DNA of 64,000 nucleotides from a plasmid: sequence record NZ_CP049260.1; one strand, 5' to 3'. Shown piece by piece: positions 1 to 10,844 of this stretch (position 1 is its first letter; each line of letters starts with the position of its first letter). The notes under the pieces were generated by a model. It saw only the letters and a program-made list of their open reading frames with translations, ran no database searches and was not told where the DNA came from. The position numbers and the translations under genes were made by a program.

Positions 1-120
1 CGCCATCGGTCGCTACCCAGGCGAGCGCCGGGATCGTCTCAAAGGCGCTGTCTGCCGAGCGCTCAATGGCTGCCAGGCTTGCGATATCGTTGATTACGGT
101 CTTTCTGATTCTAAATGTCA
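1..120 (-). CDS. GNAT-family N-acetyltransferase, N-terminal part (gene continues beyond window start)
   Basis: Minus-strand ATG at 120-118 preceded by GGGAG RBS; translation MTFRIRKTVINDIASLAAIERSADSAFETIPALAWVATDG resembles a GNAT N-terminus; open to window edge. Confidence 0.4.
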
Positions 121-222
121 TTTCGGGCTCCCTGTTATGCCGTATCCATATTTCGCCCGCGGGCGAAGCATCGTTTCTTCATCACTTTACACTGCAACAA
201 CATTCCGTGATGGAGAAAGCCC

Positions 223-546
223 ATGATAGCCGTTTTATTTGAAGCGCAGGCGCTGCCGGAGGCGCAGCAACGTTATTTTGAACTCGCCGCCGCCCTGAAG
301 CCGCTGCTGGCGGATGTGCCAGGTTTTATCGACCTTGAGCGCTTTCAGAGCCTTACCGCGCCCGAGAGAATTCTCTCGCTCTCCTGGTGGGAAAGCGAAG
401 CGGCGGTGCGGGCGTGGAAAGGCAACCTGATGCATCAGGCCGCGCAGCAGGAAGGACGGGAACATATTTTTGCCCATTATCGTATCCGCGTGGCGCAGGT
501 GCTCCGCGACTATTCCTCTGAGACAAAGGATAACTCACATGTATGA
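223..546 (+). CDS. ABM-domain (antibiotic-biosynthesis-monooxygenase-like) small protein
   Basis: 107 aa ORF; ferredoxin-like ABM pattern (..[19 protein letters not shown]..); ATG start. Confidence 0.5.
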   Translation: MIAVLFEAQALPEAQQRYFELAAALKPLLADVPGFIDLERFQSLTAPERILSLSWWESEAAVRAWKGNLMHQAAQQEGREHIFAHYRIRVAQVLRDYSSETKDNSHV

Positions 547-937
547 TATCCACGTGATCATCAGTAACACGCCGGGCGCGCTGGCGACGCTCGGGACGCT
601 GCTTGGTAAAAATGGCGTCGGCCTTGAAGGCGGCGGCGTCTTTTCACTGGCGCAGGAAAGCCATGCGCATTTTCTGGTGGAAGAGGGCGAAACGGCACGG
701 CGCGTGTTGCAGGACGCCGGGTTTACGGTGCAAAACGTCACCCGTCCGCTTATCCGTAAACTGTCGCAGGCACGACCGGGCGAACTTGGCGAGATAGCCC
801 GCGCGCTCGCCGACGGCGGCGTGAATATTCTTGTGCAGTACAGCGATCATGCGAACCGGTTGATTCTTATCACCGATAACCCTGAACAGGCAGAAAAGGT
901 AACCAGACCATGGGCAATCCCGGACGATACTCCCTGA
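539..937 (+). CDS. ACT-domain protein
   Basis: [34 protein letters not shown] is an ACT-type beta-alpha-beta regulatory fold motif; ATG 539 overlaps upstream stop by 8 nt. Confidence 0.45.
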   Translation: MYDIHVIISNTPGALATLGTLLGKNGVGLEGGGVFSLAQESHAHFLVEEGETARRVLQDAGFTVQNVTRPLIRKLSQARPGELGEIARALADGGVNILVQYSDHANRLILITDNPEQAEKVTRPWAIPDDTP

Positions 938-1635
938 CAGACGCCGACACCGCGCCGGGGCTTGGACAGGCGATGTCGGGCGTCGCGGCGGCGATGGCCG
1001 ATCCGTCGCGCATCGCGATGTTGTGCGCGCTGATGGATGGCCGGGCGTGGACCGCGACAGAGCTTAGCGCGGTGGCGGATATCGCGCCGTCCACCGCGAG
1101 CGCGCATCTCGCCCGGCTGCTCAGCCACGGTCTGGTGGTCTGCCTTTCTCAGGGGCGGCACCGTTACTACCGGCTGGCGGGACGTGAGATCGCCGGACTG
1201 CTGGAGACGCTAATGGGCGTCTCCATGAATCCACAGCGCCAGCCAGTGTCCAGCACACCGGGGCATTTACGCCATGCGCGCACCTGCTATGACCATCTGG
1301 CGGGCGAGCTCGCCGTGCAGCTCTACGCGTTTATGCTGGAGGAAAAATGGCTGACGCCGGACGGCAATGCGCTCACCGAACTCGGGCGCGAGCGTTTTAC
1401 GGCGCTTGGCGTACCGCTTAATCCGAAACCCAGGCGCAAAGCGTGTTGCCCGTGTCTTGACTGGAGCGAGCGGCGCTACCACCTGGGCGGCGATGCCGGT
1501 GCGGCGCTACTGACGCTCTTTTTACAGGAAGGCTGGCTTCTGAGAACGCCAGGCTACCGGGAAGTGACCGTCACTGCCGTCGGGCGCGCTGCGCTGCAAC
1601 GCGTCTTCGCTGTTAATGGCGCGGTAACAGTCTGA
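910..1635 (+). CDS. ArsR/SmtB-family winged-helix transcriptional regulator with C-terminal extension
   Basis: HTH region [47 protein letters not shown]; alternative start at 973 possible. Confidence 0.55.
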   Translation: MGNPGRYSLTDADTAPGLGQAMSGVAAAMADPSRIAMLCALMDGRAWTATELSAVADIAPSTASAHLARLLSHGLVVCLSQGRHRYYRLAGREIAGLLETLMGVSMNPQRQPVSSTPGHLRHARTCYDHLAGELAVQLYAFMLEEKWLTPDGNALTELGRERFTALGVPLNPKPRRKACCPCLDWSERRYHLGGDAGAALLTLFLQEGWLLRTPGYREVTVTAVGRAALQRVFAVNGAVTV

Positions 1636-1716
1636 AAACCGCATGATAATTCATCGTCCCGTCATGCAAACACTATACTTATCAGCCCTGGACCATCGCG
1701 AAATGAGGAACCACTG

Positions 1717-2538
1717 ATGAGCACGATCAAGACGCAGGACGGCACGCAGATCTATTACAAAGACTGGGGCGCAGGCAAACCGGTGCTGTTCAGCCACGGC
1801 TGGCCGCTGGATGCGGATATGTGGGACAGCCAGATGAATTTCCTGGCGGAGCGCGGCTACCGCGTGATTGCGTTTGACCGTCGCGGCTTCGGGCGTTCCG
1901 ATCAGCCGTGGAACGGTTATGACTACGACACTTTTGCGTCTGACATCAATGACCTCATTGAGGCGCTGGATCTTCACGATGTCACGCTGGTGGGCTTCTC
2001 CATGGGCGGCGGCGATGTGGCGCGCTATATCGGCAACTACGGCACGTCGCGCATTGCGGCGCTGGTGCTGCTGGGCGCGGTGACGCCGGTGTTCGGTAAA
2101 ATCGGCGATTACAGCCAGGGCGTGGATCTCTCTGTTTTTGAAGGTATCCGCGACGGCCTGCGCAAAGACCGCGCGCAGTTTATCAGCGATTTCGCCGCGA
2201 CGTTCTACGGCACTAACGCGGGCCAGACGGTGTCGGAAGGCGTGCTGACCCAGACGCTGAATATCGCGCTGCTGGCCTCGCTGAAAGGGACTATCGACTG
2301 CGTGACCGCGTTCTCGGAAACCGACTTCCGCGGCGACCTGCAAAAAGTGGATGTGCCGACGCTGGTTATCCACGGCAGCAACGACCAGGTCGTGCCGTTT
2401 GAATCCACCGGTAAAGTGGCGGCGGAAATGATTGCTAACGCGGAACTGAAAGTATACGACAACGGCCCGCACGGCTTTGCCGTGACCCACCAGGACCAGC
2501 TGAACGACGATCTGCTGGCGTTCCTGAAATCCCTGTAA
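1717..2538 (+). CDS. alpha/beta hydrolase (non-heme haloperoxidase/arylesterase family)
   Basis: 273 aa; HGWPL oxyanion motif, nucleophile elbow GFSMGG, typical N-terminus YYKDWG.GKPVLFSHGWP. Confidence 0.75.
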   Translation: MSTIKTQDGTQIYYKDWGAGKPVLFSHGWPLDADMWDSQMNFLAERGYRVIAFDRRGFGRSDQPWNGYDYDTFASDINDLIEALDLHDVTLVGFSMGGGDVARYIGNYGTSRIAALVLLGAVTPVFGKIGDYSQGVDLSVFEGIRDGLRKDRAQFISDFAATFYGTNAGQTVSEGVLTQTLNIALLASLKGTIDCVTAFSETDFRGDLQKVDVPTLVIHGSNDQVVPFESTGKVAAEMIANAELKVYDNGPHGFAVTHQDQLNDDLLAFLKSL

Positions 2539-2549
2539 GACAGCTCTGG

Positions 2550-2570
2550 CTGGCCGGTTTTCCGGCCAGC
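2550..2570. terminator. putative bidirectional hairpin between convergent hydrolase and PTS genes
   Basis: ctggccgg-tttt-ccggccag, perfect 8 bp stem with 4 nt loop; no strong U-tract. Confidence 0.3.
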
Positions 2571-2584
2571 GTATCACTGCGGCG

Positions 2585-3961
2585 TTACGCCTCCCCGGAG
2601 GCCTCTTTCCCCACCAGCAGTGTGGTTAACACGAACGATATCACCAGCGCCATGACGACGCCTGCCAGCGCAAAGATAAAATACGGGCCGATATAGGCGG
2701 GCAGGCTGAAAATACTCGACAGAATGTAACCGTACAGCCGCACGCCAAAGAACGCGATAAACGCTGAGGCCAGCGAGCTTGCGATAGTTGCGGAGATAAA
2801 CGCTTTTTTGTAGCGCGTCAGTACGCCAAACAGTGCAGGTTCAGTAATGCCCAGCAGCGCGGAAATCGCCGCGGAGAGCGTGACGGTTTTCTCGTGGCGT
2901 TCTTTATTCAGACGCCAGATGGCAAATGTCGAGCCAGCAATGGCCATGTTCGCCATAAACATCATCGGCATCAGCATGTCATAGCCGCGATCGCTGAAGT
3001 TTTGCAGCGCAATCGGCGTCATGGCGTGGTGCATCCCGGTCAGGACGGCCACCGGGCGGATCGCGCCCACAATGAGCCCGGCAAAGCTCGCCGAGACGCT
3101 GAACAGCCCTTCGATAAACAGCGCCAGCCCTTTGCCAAGCCAGATACCAATCGGGCCTATCACCACCAGCGCCGCCAGCGCGCCAATAAACAGGGTTAAC
3201 GTGGGCGTAAACACGGTTTTCAGCACGTCAGGCATGATGTGGTCGACCCAGCGGTAGATGTAGCTCAACGCCAGGACAGAGAAAATCACCGGAATGACGC
3301 TTGCCGAATAGTTAAACACCGAGACCGGAATGGCATTGAGCAGCCAGAGCGCGCTGACCGCGCCTTCCTGATGCGTCGCCAGCGCTTTGGCGGCGTCAAT
3401 CAGCGACGGATACATCAGGCACGCGGCGACGGCCGCCGCCAGGTATTCATTCACCTTAAAAATTCTGGCGGCAGAGACCGCAAGGAAAAAGGGCAGAAAG
3501 TAAAACACGCCGCTGGCGATAAGATCGATGATCACGACCGTATCGCTTTTGGCGGAAACCACTTTCAGGGCGACTAAGCCTGCCAGCAAGCCCTTGATCA
3601 TCCCGGCCCCGGCAATTGCCGGCACAATCGGGCCGAACACGCCAGAGACCGTATCCATAAAGAGCGATACCAGGCCTTTGCGTCCTTTGGCGGGCGTCGT
3701 GGCGGCTGCGGGTTTATCGCCCAGCGCGCTGAGCATCTGTTCGTACCAGCTATTCACCTTCGGCCCGATGATGACCTGAAACTGATCGCTCTGAAGCTGT
3801 GCGCCCAGCACACCGGGGAGCTTTTTTATCGCAGCCTGATCGACTTTTGCATCATCAACTAAATCGAAACGCAGTCGCGTCATACAGTGCCAGACTTTAT
3901 TAATATTCCCCTGGCCGCCGACCAGACGGATAATATTATTAATGGCTTCTTGCGTCCCCAT
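2585..3961 (-). CDS. PTS system EIIBC component (glucoside family)
   Basis: 458 aa; N-terminal EIIB motif VWHCMTRLRF with phospho-cysteine, followed by polytopic EIIC membrane domain; no EIIA domain. Confidence 0.75.
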   Translation of the reverse strand: MGTQEAINNIIRLVGGQGNINKVWHCMTRLRFDLVDDAKVDQAAIKKLPGVLGAQLQSDQFQVIIGPKVNSWYEQMLSALGDKPAAATTPAKGRKGLVSLFMDTVSGVFGPIVPAIAGAGMIKGLLAGLVALKVVSAKSDTVVIIDLIASGVFYFLPFFLAVSAARIFKVNEYLAAAVAACLMYPSLIDAAKALATHQEGAVSALWLLNAIPVSVFNYSASVIPVIFSVLALSYIYRWVDHIMPDVLKTVFTPTLTLFIGALAALVVIGPIGIWLGKGLALFIEGLFSVSASFAGLIVGAIRPVAVLTGMHHAMTPIALQNFSDRGYDMLMPMMFMANMAIAGSTFAIWRLNKERHEKTVTLSAAISALLGITEPALFGVLTRYKKAFISATIASSLASAFIAFFGVRLYGYILSSIFSLPAYIGPYFIFALAGVVMALVISFVLTTLLVGKEASGEA

Positions 3962-4239
3962 AATGACTCCTGCCGAATGTTGTTGTCGTTTTAATGGTCC
4001 AGTGAAGGATAATTAAACCTTTCTGACAAAACAAACCAATAAAAGTTGATTTTGCTCACATCTTTCCTTCCGGTGTGGTTTTAAAGCGGTGTAATCGTAA
4101 AATTGGTATGGTTTATTGATGATTTTAAAAAGAAATTACTGACCAAAATAAATAGTCACAAAAAAGGTTTACCCGCCATTATTTTTAAGGTCATGATATT
4201 GACATTCCGTATTTCCACAGCGCTGCAAAGGAGTGATTT

Positions 4240-5440
4240 CGTGACGCCTGTGAGCATCAAAAATATCGAATGTTTTATCACCCGCCCGGACAGGCATAAC
4301 CTGGTGACGGTTCGCGTGACGACCGACCAGGGCGTGACGGGGCACGGCTGCGCCACGTTCCAGCAGCGTCCGCTCGCCGTTAAAACGCTGGTGGAGGAGT
4401 ATTTACAGCCGCTGCTGACGGGCCGTGATGCGAACAATATCGAAGATCTGTGGCAGATGATGAACGTCAACGCCTACTGGCGTAACGGCCCGGTGATGAA
4501 CAACGCAATATCGGGCGTGGATATGGCGCTGTGGGATATTAAAAGCCAGCTCGCCGGTATGCCGCTGTATCAGCTTTTTGGCGGCAAATCCCGTGACGCG
4601 ATCCCGGCATACAGCCACGCCAGCGGCGACACGCTGGACGCGCTTTTTGCGTCGGTGGATGGGCTCATCGAACAGGGATATCGCCATATCCGCTGCCAGC
4701 TCGGTTTTTATGGCGGTACGCCTTCTGGCCTGCACGCGCCGGAAAACCCGACGCCAGGCGCGTGGTTCGATCAGCAGGAATATATGCGTAATACCGTCGA
4801 TATGTTCCGCGCGCTGCGTGAGAAATATGGCTGGAGCCTGCATTTTTTGCATGATGTTCACGAGCGTCTGTTCCCGCAGCAGGCGGTGCAGCTTGCGAAA
4901 CAACTGGAGCCTTACCAGCCCTATTTTATTGAAGATATTCTGCCGCCCCAGCAGAGCGCCTGGCTTGAACAGGTACGCCAGCACAGCTGCGTGCCGCTGG
5001 CGATGGGCGAGCTCTTTAATAACCCAAGTGAATGGCACGATCTGATCGTCAACCGCCGTATCGATTTTATCCGCTGCCACGTCTCGCAAATCGGCGGGAT
5101 CACCCCGGCGCTGAAGCTCGCGCATCTGTGCCAGGCGTTCGGTGTGCGTCTCGCGTGGCATGGCCCGGGCGATATGACCCCGATTGGCGTGGCGGTGAAC
5201 ACGCATTTAAACATTCATCTGCATAACGCGGCGATTCAGGAATTTATTCCGCGCTCGGCCATGACCGATCGGGTTTTCCCCGGCGCGCCGGAGGTGAAAG
5301 AGGGCTTTATCTATCCGCCGGTAAATGCCGGCATCGGCGTCGGGTTTAACGAGGCGCTGGCGCAGGCGCATCCGGTGATGTATCGCCCGCATGAATGGAC
5401 ACAAAGCCGCCTGCCGGACGGCACGCTTCACACGCCCTGA
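4240..5440 (+). CDS. enolase-superfamily dehydratase, D-mannonate dehydratase (ManD/RspA) family
   Basis: GTG start at 4240 with AGGAG RBS; N-terminal capping domain ..[19 protein letters not shown].. and barrel domain typical of ManD/RspA-like proteins; longer 445 aa track ORF has an unlikely N-terminal extension. Confidence 0.65.
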
Positions 5441-6147
5441 TGCTGGCGGCGGGTCAGCGTGTCGCGGTTATACGGAATGACATAGGTGCAGGTATAGTTG
5501 ATATCAATAATATCGCTCACCTCAAACACGCGCCCGCCCTCCAGAATGCCGCGATTATTAATATGCATCGCCGGGCTGCCTTTCTTGCAGCCCAGCAGTA
5601 TCGCCTGTTCGCGGCCCACGCTCACGGCGCGGTAGGTGGTCAGCAGGTGTGAAATCGTCAGCCCTTTACTCAGCACATATTGCTGAATGGAATGCTCAAT
5701 CACCTGTTGGTTAAGGTCAGGAAAATCCGCCGCCGGCATGCTGGAGATTTCCAGCTGAACCGGCGCGTCGTCGACATAGCGCAGGCGGCAAAAATGCCAG
5801 ATAAAGCTCTCCTCACCAATGCCGAAAATCTGCTGCGCCGCTTTGTCCGGACGCTTTTTATGCAGGCTAATCATCCGGTAGCGAATTTGATCGAAGCGTT
5901 TTTCGGTAATCGAGTTATACACCAGCGGATTATTGCGCGCCTGCTCGTTGATCCAGGCGCCTGAGCCCTGAACAATCCGTACCACGCCGATGCTCACCAG
6001 CTTTTCCAGCGCCTGGCGAATGGTAAAACGCGAGACGCCATATTCTTCCGCTAACTGCCGTTCCGGCGACAGCTTCCGCGGGCCAGTCGTAGTGTCCTGG
6101 TAAATTTTGCTGAGCAGATCCTGAGTCACAAACTCTGTTTTATTCAT
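5428..6147 (-). CDS. GntR/HutC-family transcriptional regulator (UTRA effector domain)
   Basis: [27 protein letters not shown]; start at MNKTEF (6147) with AGGT RBS; divergent from ManD gene. Confidence 0.7.
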   Translation of the reverse strand: MNKTEFVTQDLLSKIYQDTTTGPRKLSPERQLAEEYGVSRFTIRQALEKLVSIGVVRIVQGSGAWINEQARNNPLVYNSITEKRFDQIRYRMISLHKKRPDKAAQQIFGIGEESFIWHFCRLRYVDDAPVQLEISSMPAADFPDLNQQVIEHSIQQYVLSKGLTISHLLTTYRAVSVGREQAILLGCKKGSPAMHINNRGILEGGRVFEVSDIIDINYTCTYVIPYNRDTLTRRQHQGV

Positions 6148-6342
6148 TATCTTTACCTGCATAACGTCGGCGGGGCGCGGGGTCAAGCGTATCATTTAGC
6201 GGCGTTTTTTTCAGTCTGCCGGAAGGAAAGCTGTGTGGTGAATCGCTGCGGGTAAGCGTGAGGCAGGGGCTGCCCGGAAGCAAAAAACAGAAAAGTCATT
6301 CCACATGAGCGGCATGCGGAATGACTTTAACATCAGGACTTA

Positions 6343-6636
6343 TCAGCCATATTTACGCGCAAAGTTTTCATCGGTATCACACAGATAAATGATGAACTCG
6401 ACAAACGCGATAATCGAAGGAATAAAGGTCCAGCAGAAGATGAGATAAAGTAAGCCCTGGCCGATTTTACCTAGATAGAATTTATGTGCTCCGAAACCGC
6501 CCAGGAAAAATGCGAGTAACGCGGCGCTGATTCTGTTTTTATTCCCGCCAGTGAACTGCGTCGCACCGCACTGTGGGCAGGCTCTGGCCGATTCATGAAT
6601 TTCTTTCCCGCACCCGCGGCAAAACACCATCGACAT
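6343..6636 (-). CDS. zinc-ribbon plus TM2-domain small membrane protein
   Basis: CRGCG..CPQCG zinc ribbon followed by hydrophobic TM2-like region. Confidence 0.5.
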   Translation of the reverse strand: MSMVFCRGCGKEIHESARACPQCGATQFTGGNKNRISAALLAFFLGGFGAHKFYLGKIGQGLLYLIFCWTFIPSIIAFVEFIIYLCDTDENFARKYG

Positions 6637-6775
6637 TTTGGTATCCTTATTGTCGTTATTGATTTCTACGAAACGATTGCTGTTCAGCGCAATAATACGC
6701 TTTTAGTGCATTAAGAGATAACCCTAAATAACGGGCTGAACGGCACTTATTCAGTGCGACCGTAAAGGAGGCACC

Positions 6776-7123
6776 ATGTTACTGGAAAGGCTCACTACGC
6801 TCGAACAAAGCCTGCATGGCGACCAGCGCCGCGACCGCGACTGGCTTGAATACCTGCTTCACCCGCAGTTTTGCGAGGTGACACGCTCCGGTGTCCTGGT
6901 CAGTCGGGATGAAACAATTGATGCGCTGACACAGGAAACCGGCACCGCGTTTATTGTGAGCGATAGTTTTACGCTGCTGCCGGTAAACGCCGGTAGCGCT
7001 ATTCTGCGCTACCGCACGTGTACGCCCGAAGGCCAGCGTCCGGCATGGCGCGCGTCACATTGGGTGCGTGTGGATGAAACGCGCTGGCAGCTTATTTTTC
7101 ATCAGGGCACGCCTGCCGTCTGA
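6776..7123 (+). CDS. DUF4440 / SnoaL-like (NTF2 fold) small protein
   Basis: 115 aa, GGAGG RBS; pattern resembles NTF2-like DUF4440 proteins. Confidence 0.45.
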   Translation: MLLERLTTLEQSLHGDQRRDRDWLEYLLHPQFCEVTRSGVLVSRDETIDALTQETGTAFIVSDSFTLLPVNAGSAILRYRTCTPEGQRPAWRASHWVRVDETRWQLIFHQGTPAV

Positions 7124-7272
7124 CCATTATCCGTCATGTTACCGTTAACGGTGTGAGCCGGTGTTCCGCCCGGTTAAATTATTGTCACCAGACGGGCGTA
7201 AGCCCCTCCAGAAACGGCCGCCGATACCGATAACCCCTGAAGCCATGTTGGTGATTTCCGGGGAACCGTGTC

Positions 7273-8850
7273 GTGACTCTCAGACAGTTTATTTCCTACC
7301 GACTAGGGTTGAGCACGTCACTTGGCCGAAGTCTGGCTGTCTTACTTCTGTTCCTCCTGGTGGGCGGGATCGGCACGAATGTACTGGTGTTTATGCACTC
7401 CTGGGATGATGAGATAGCACAGGCCGCCAATAAGGCAGTCAACCTCTCTGTCGCCCAGGTGCGTCAGGCGGAGGATACCTTTATGGCAGTCGGCCAGACG
7501 CTTGATGACGTGCGCGCGGCGGTCAGTGCCGGGCAGGCCACGACGTACCATAGCTATCTGGTGCGCCTGAAAGCGCGTCAGCCGCTGCTCGACGGGCTCT
7601 ATTTCTACAACGCGCAGGGCATTATCAAAGGTTCCTCATCCGGCATCAGCGGCATTCCGGGCGATATTACGCATCAGGACTATTTCCAGTTTCATTACGA
7701 GAACCGCCAGACCGGCATTCATATCGGGCGCGTGATTAAAAGCCTGGCGTCCGGTGAGCTGGTGATCCCGGTATCGATCAGGGTTAACGATCTCAGCGGT
7801 GGCTTCGCGGGCGTGGTGCTCGCTACCGTTAAGCTTGACTATTTCCGCCGCTTTTACAGCTATTTCGAGCTCGGCCCGCGCGACATGCTGGCACTGCTGC
7901 TGACCGACGGTTCGGTGCTCTGTGTGCGACCCTACGATGAAGCGAAAATTGACATGAATATTGCCGGCAGTCCGCTGTTTACCCGCGAGCTGATTCGCGC
8001 CGACCGCGGCACCGGCACCTGGGTGGCGTCGCTTGACCATATCGAAAGGGTATTCGGCTTTGCGCGCACAGAAAAACTGCCGCTGGTGGTGGTCGCCGGT
8101 TACGATCGCGCCGAGGTGCGTATGCACTGGCTGCGTAATAATCTGCCGGGACTGCTCTCTAACTTTATGCTGCTGCTCGGGTTTCTGCTGTTCAGCTCTG
8201 TGGTGTTTCGCAAAGTGCGTGGCAGCATTCGCGATCAGCAGGAGCTCAAACAACTGCGCGACGAGCTTCTCAAAGCAAACCAGACGTTTAAATCGATGGC
8301 GATGGCCGACAGCCTGACGGGGCTTGCCAACCGCCGCAAGTTTGATACCACCCTCGCGAAAGTGCTGGCGGACGCCGCGGCTACAGGAAGCCCCGTGTCG
8401 CTGATTATGCTCGATATCGATTTCTTCAAGCGCTACAACGACAGCCGCGGCCATGCCGCCGGGGACGCCTGTCTGCGGCTTATCAGCAATACGTTGCAGA
8501 TGGTGACGCTGCGCACCAGCGATCTGGTGGCGCGTTACGGTGGAGAAGAGTTCGCGATCGTGCTGCCGGATACCACCGGCGAAGAAGCGCTGGCGCTGGC
8601 GCAGCGGGCTGTCTGTATGGTCAGGGAAAAACATCTGCCGCACCCGTCGACGGATCTGCCGGAGCAGATCGTCACCATCAGCGCCGGTTGCCATACGGTG
8701 CGGGGCAACGGGCGCGAGGACGCATTCAGCGTACTCATTCGCGGTGCCGATACTGCGCTTTATCTTGCGAAAAACCACGGGCGTAATCAGGCATACCGGT
8801 TCTCGAATACCATTGCGACCGGCAATGATAAATCCATTTATGCGGCTTAA
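7273..8850 (+). CDS. sensor diguanylate cyclase (periplasmic Cache-like sensor + GGDEF domain)
   Basis: GTG start; N-terminal TM, periplasmic region, second TM, then GGDEF domain with RYGGEEF active-site motif and inhibitory-site-like RxxD. Confidence 0.8.
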   Translation: MTLRQFISYRLGLSTSLGRSLAVLLLFLLVGGIGTNVLVFMHSWDDEIAQAANKAVNLSVAQVRQAEDTFMAVGQTLDDVRAAVSAGQATTYHSYLVRLKARQPLLDGLYFYNAQGIIKGSSSGISGIPGDITHQDYFQFHYENRQTGIHIGRVIKSLASGELVIPVSIRVNDLSGGFAGVVLATVKLDYFRRFYSYFELGPRDMLALLLTDGSVLCVRPYDEAKIDMNIAGSPLFTRELIRADRGTGTWVASLDHIERVFGFARTEKLPLVVVAGYDRAEVRMHWLRNNLPGLLSNFMLLLGFLLFSSVVFRKVRGSIRDQQELKQLRDELLKANQTFKSMAMADSLTGLANRRKFDTTLAKVLADAAATGSPVSLIMLDIDFFKRYNDSRGHAAGDACLRLISNTLQMVTLRTSDLVARYGGEEFAIVLPDTTGEEALALAQRAVCMVREKHLPHPSTDLPEQIVTISAGCHTVRGNGREDAFSVLIRGADTALYLAKNHGRNQAYRFSNTIATGNDKSIYAA

Positions 8851-8942
8851 GGCGTGATGCTTGTTTTGTAAGGAAACGATGGGGCCGCAGAAGGGCAGGA
8901 GAGGTTCACCGTCAGTACAACCCTCTCTGACGGTGCGAGGTT

Positions 8943-9758
8943 TTAGTGCTGACTCACACGCGCCAGGAACGTGTTCCACTGGGATTTCAGGGCATCGACA
9001 TGCGCTTTTTCGAGCTGTTTTACTGGCGTGGGGTCCCGGCTTTCATTCACTTTGCTCATAAAGCCAGAAAACCACTGCGGTGCGCTGGAAGAGCTTGCCG
9101 TCACGGCAAGTATATCGTTGCGCGCTTTCTGGGATTCCCCTTTACCGGCCTCCAGCAGGCTGAGCTGATTTTCGTACTGCTTCACGCTCGCCATATCGCC
9201 GCTCTGTTTGGCGATGTCGATAAACGCCTGTGTCATCGTTTTCATCTCGTCGTCCCGCGCGGCGGTTTTCTTTGTCATCCATGCGGTGACAATGTCCTGC
9301 GCTTTGGCCTGATTCTCCTGCGGCACATACTTCGCCACAAGATAGTTCAGTTTGGCCTGCTGCATGGCGAGATCCATATCGCTGGTCGTTGAGTTGGACG
9401 TGCTGGCGGCAGGTGTGTTCAGCGCTTCGGAGAGCAGGCTGCCCATATCCAGAGACGAGAGCGTGGAGAGTTTAGAAAAGTCTGCAAAGTTATCGTTGAT
9501 TTCACTGTGCAGGACAAGGCCCGGCACACTGCTGTTCGCCTGTTGCTCCAGCACGGCGCGACGCTGTGCCAGCATGTTTTGCAGGCTTTTTTCACGCTCT
9601 TCTTTGCTTTGCCCGGCATTGACGGGCGTGTCACTGCCGGACTGCACGGCGCTGGCTTTGTCGGCTGATATAGCGACCGTTTCCGGGACTTTTTTACGGG
9701 TGTAATAATCACTGCTTACGGCGTAGCTGTCCTGCATGGCGGGTACGATGGTGGTCAC
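8943..9758 (-). CDS. hypothetical Gln/Ser/Ala-rich protein, divergent from hcp
   Basis: ORF with GTG start after GGAAGGAG RBS (alternative ATG starts at 9791 and 9737); low-complexity composition; no recognisable motif. Confidence 0.3.
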   Translation of the reverse strand: MTTIVPAMQDSYAVSSDYYTRKKVPETVAISADKASAVQSGSDTPVNAGQSKEEREKSLQNMLAQRRAVLEQQANSSVPGLVLHSEINDNFADFSKLSTLSSLDMGSLLSEALNTPAASTSNSTTSDMDLAMQQAKLNYLVAKYVPQENQAKAQDIVTAWMTKKTAARDDEMKTMTQAFIDIAKQSGDMASVKQYENQLSLLEAGKGESQKARNDILAVTASSSSAPQWFSGFMSKVNESRDPTPVKQLEKAHVDALKSQWNTFLARVSQH

Positions 9759-10343
9759 TTTCCGAACTCCTTCCGGTTGAAATAGCATCAAGGAGCTTAT
9801 CGGCGGGTGGTTTCATCCCTTTAGGTATGTATCCCTTTCCCCACCTGTTCTGGGAGGTAGGCCTGTGTTTAAGAGGCTTGAATAAGCGCTGAGGTATTTT
9901 TCCAGGAAATTAATCAAATTATTAATACTTCACTTTCAATCGAATAAGGGCATTTAAGATAAATCGCAGGTACGTGTTTTTGTTTTCAGAAAAGCAATCG
10001 TAAAAGCTGTTTGTTTTATAAGATATTCTTACCGTAACTGTTCATGACAAGAGAATATGATAATTTTTCATTATTAAATTTAAAAAATGTCAGTTTGGAT
10101 TTTCCTACAAATGGTTTGCTAATTTTTGTGAGCTACACCACATTTAATTTGTTCATAAGATTAATGCTCCGGCAATAAAAATGAAACAAATGCAGGATAT
10201 ACGCAGAAATAATTCGAATGAGATTCGTCTTAATTTCCGGGGCGGTATTGTTTAGCCTTTTGAATAAACTTACAGTGAAACCGAATTATTTGCCTGCGGG
10301 CTCTGCTTATTCTCACCTGCTATCTGATAACACGGAGTATTAC

Positions 10344-10826
10344 ATGGCTATTGATATGTTCCTGAAAGTGGAAGGCGTGACTGGCGAATCGAAAGATGCT
10401 AACCATTCCAGCTGGATCGATGTGCTTTCTTTTAACTGGGGCGCAGCGCAGCCGGGCAATATGGCGGTCGGCGGTGGTGGCGGTGCCGGTAAAGTTAACT
10501 TTCAGGATTTAGCCGTTCAGGCCATTGTGGATAAAGGCACGCCCGCCATTCTTAAATTCTGCGCCAGCGGTAAACATGTCAATAAGGTTGAGCTTTCTGT
10601 CTGTAAAGCCGGTGGTCAGCAGGTGGAATATTCGAAAATTGTTCTTGAAGATGTGCTGGTAACCCGCACGGAATTTACCGGCGTTGGTCAGACGGATACG
10701 GTTCTTGTCAGTTACTACTTCCAGGCCGCGAAGGTGAATTTCCATTACTGGGAACAGTCGAACCAGGGTACCAAAGGTGCGGAAACCAAAGCCGGTTGGG
10801 ATATTAAACAAAATAAAGAGCTCTGA
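10344..10826 (+). CDS. hcp: Hcp, type VI secretion tube protein (orphan copy)
   Basis: MAIDMFLKVEGVTGESKD..HSSWIDVLSFNWG is a canonical Hcp1 N-terminus; 160 aa; GGAG RBS before ATG 10344; sits in AT-rich islet. Confidence 0.85.
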   Translation: MAIDMFLKVEGVTGESKDANHSSWIDVLSFNWGAAQPGNMAVGGGGGAGKVNFQDLAVQAIVDKGTPAILKFCASGKHVNKVELSVCKAGGQQVEYSKIVLEDVLVTRTEFTGVGQTDTVLVSYYFQAAKVNFHYWEQSNQGTKGAETKAGWDIKQNKEL

Positions 10827-10844
10827 TAAGAAAGGAGTGGCAAG

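Noticed and set aside
1651-2577. 308-aa minus-strand ORF fully overlapping the alpha/beta hydrolase gene
   Set aside because: Antisense ORF in high-GC DNA; Arg/His-rich low-complexity translation, whereas the plus-strand frame has clear hydrolase motifs
4403-5206. 267-aa minus-strand ORF inside the ManD-family gene
   Set aside because: Antisense artefact; the sense frame has the enolase-superfamily architecture
7636-8979. 447-aa minus-strand ORF antisense to the GGDEF cyclase
   Set aside because: Arg/Gln/His-rich translation with no motifs; the plus-strand frame carries the GGEEF domain
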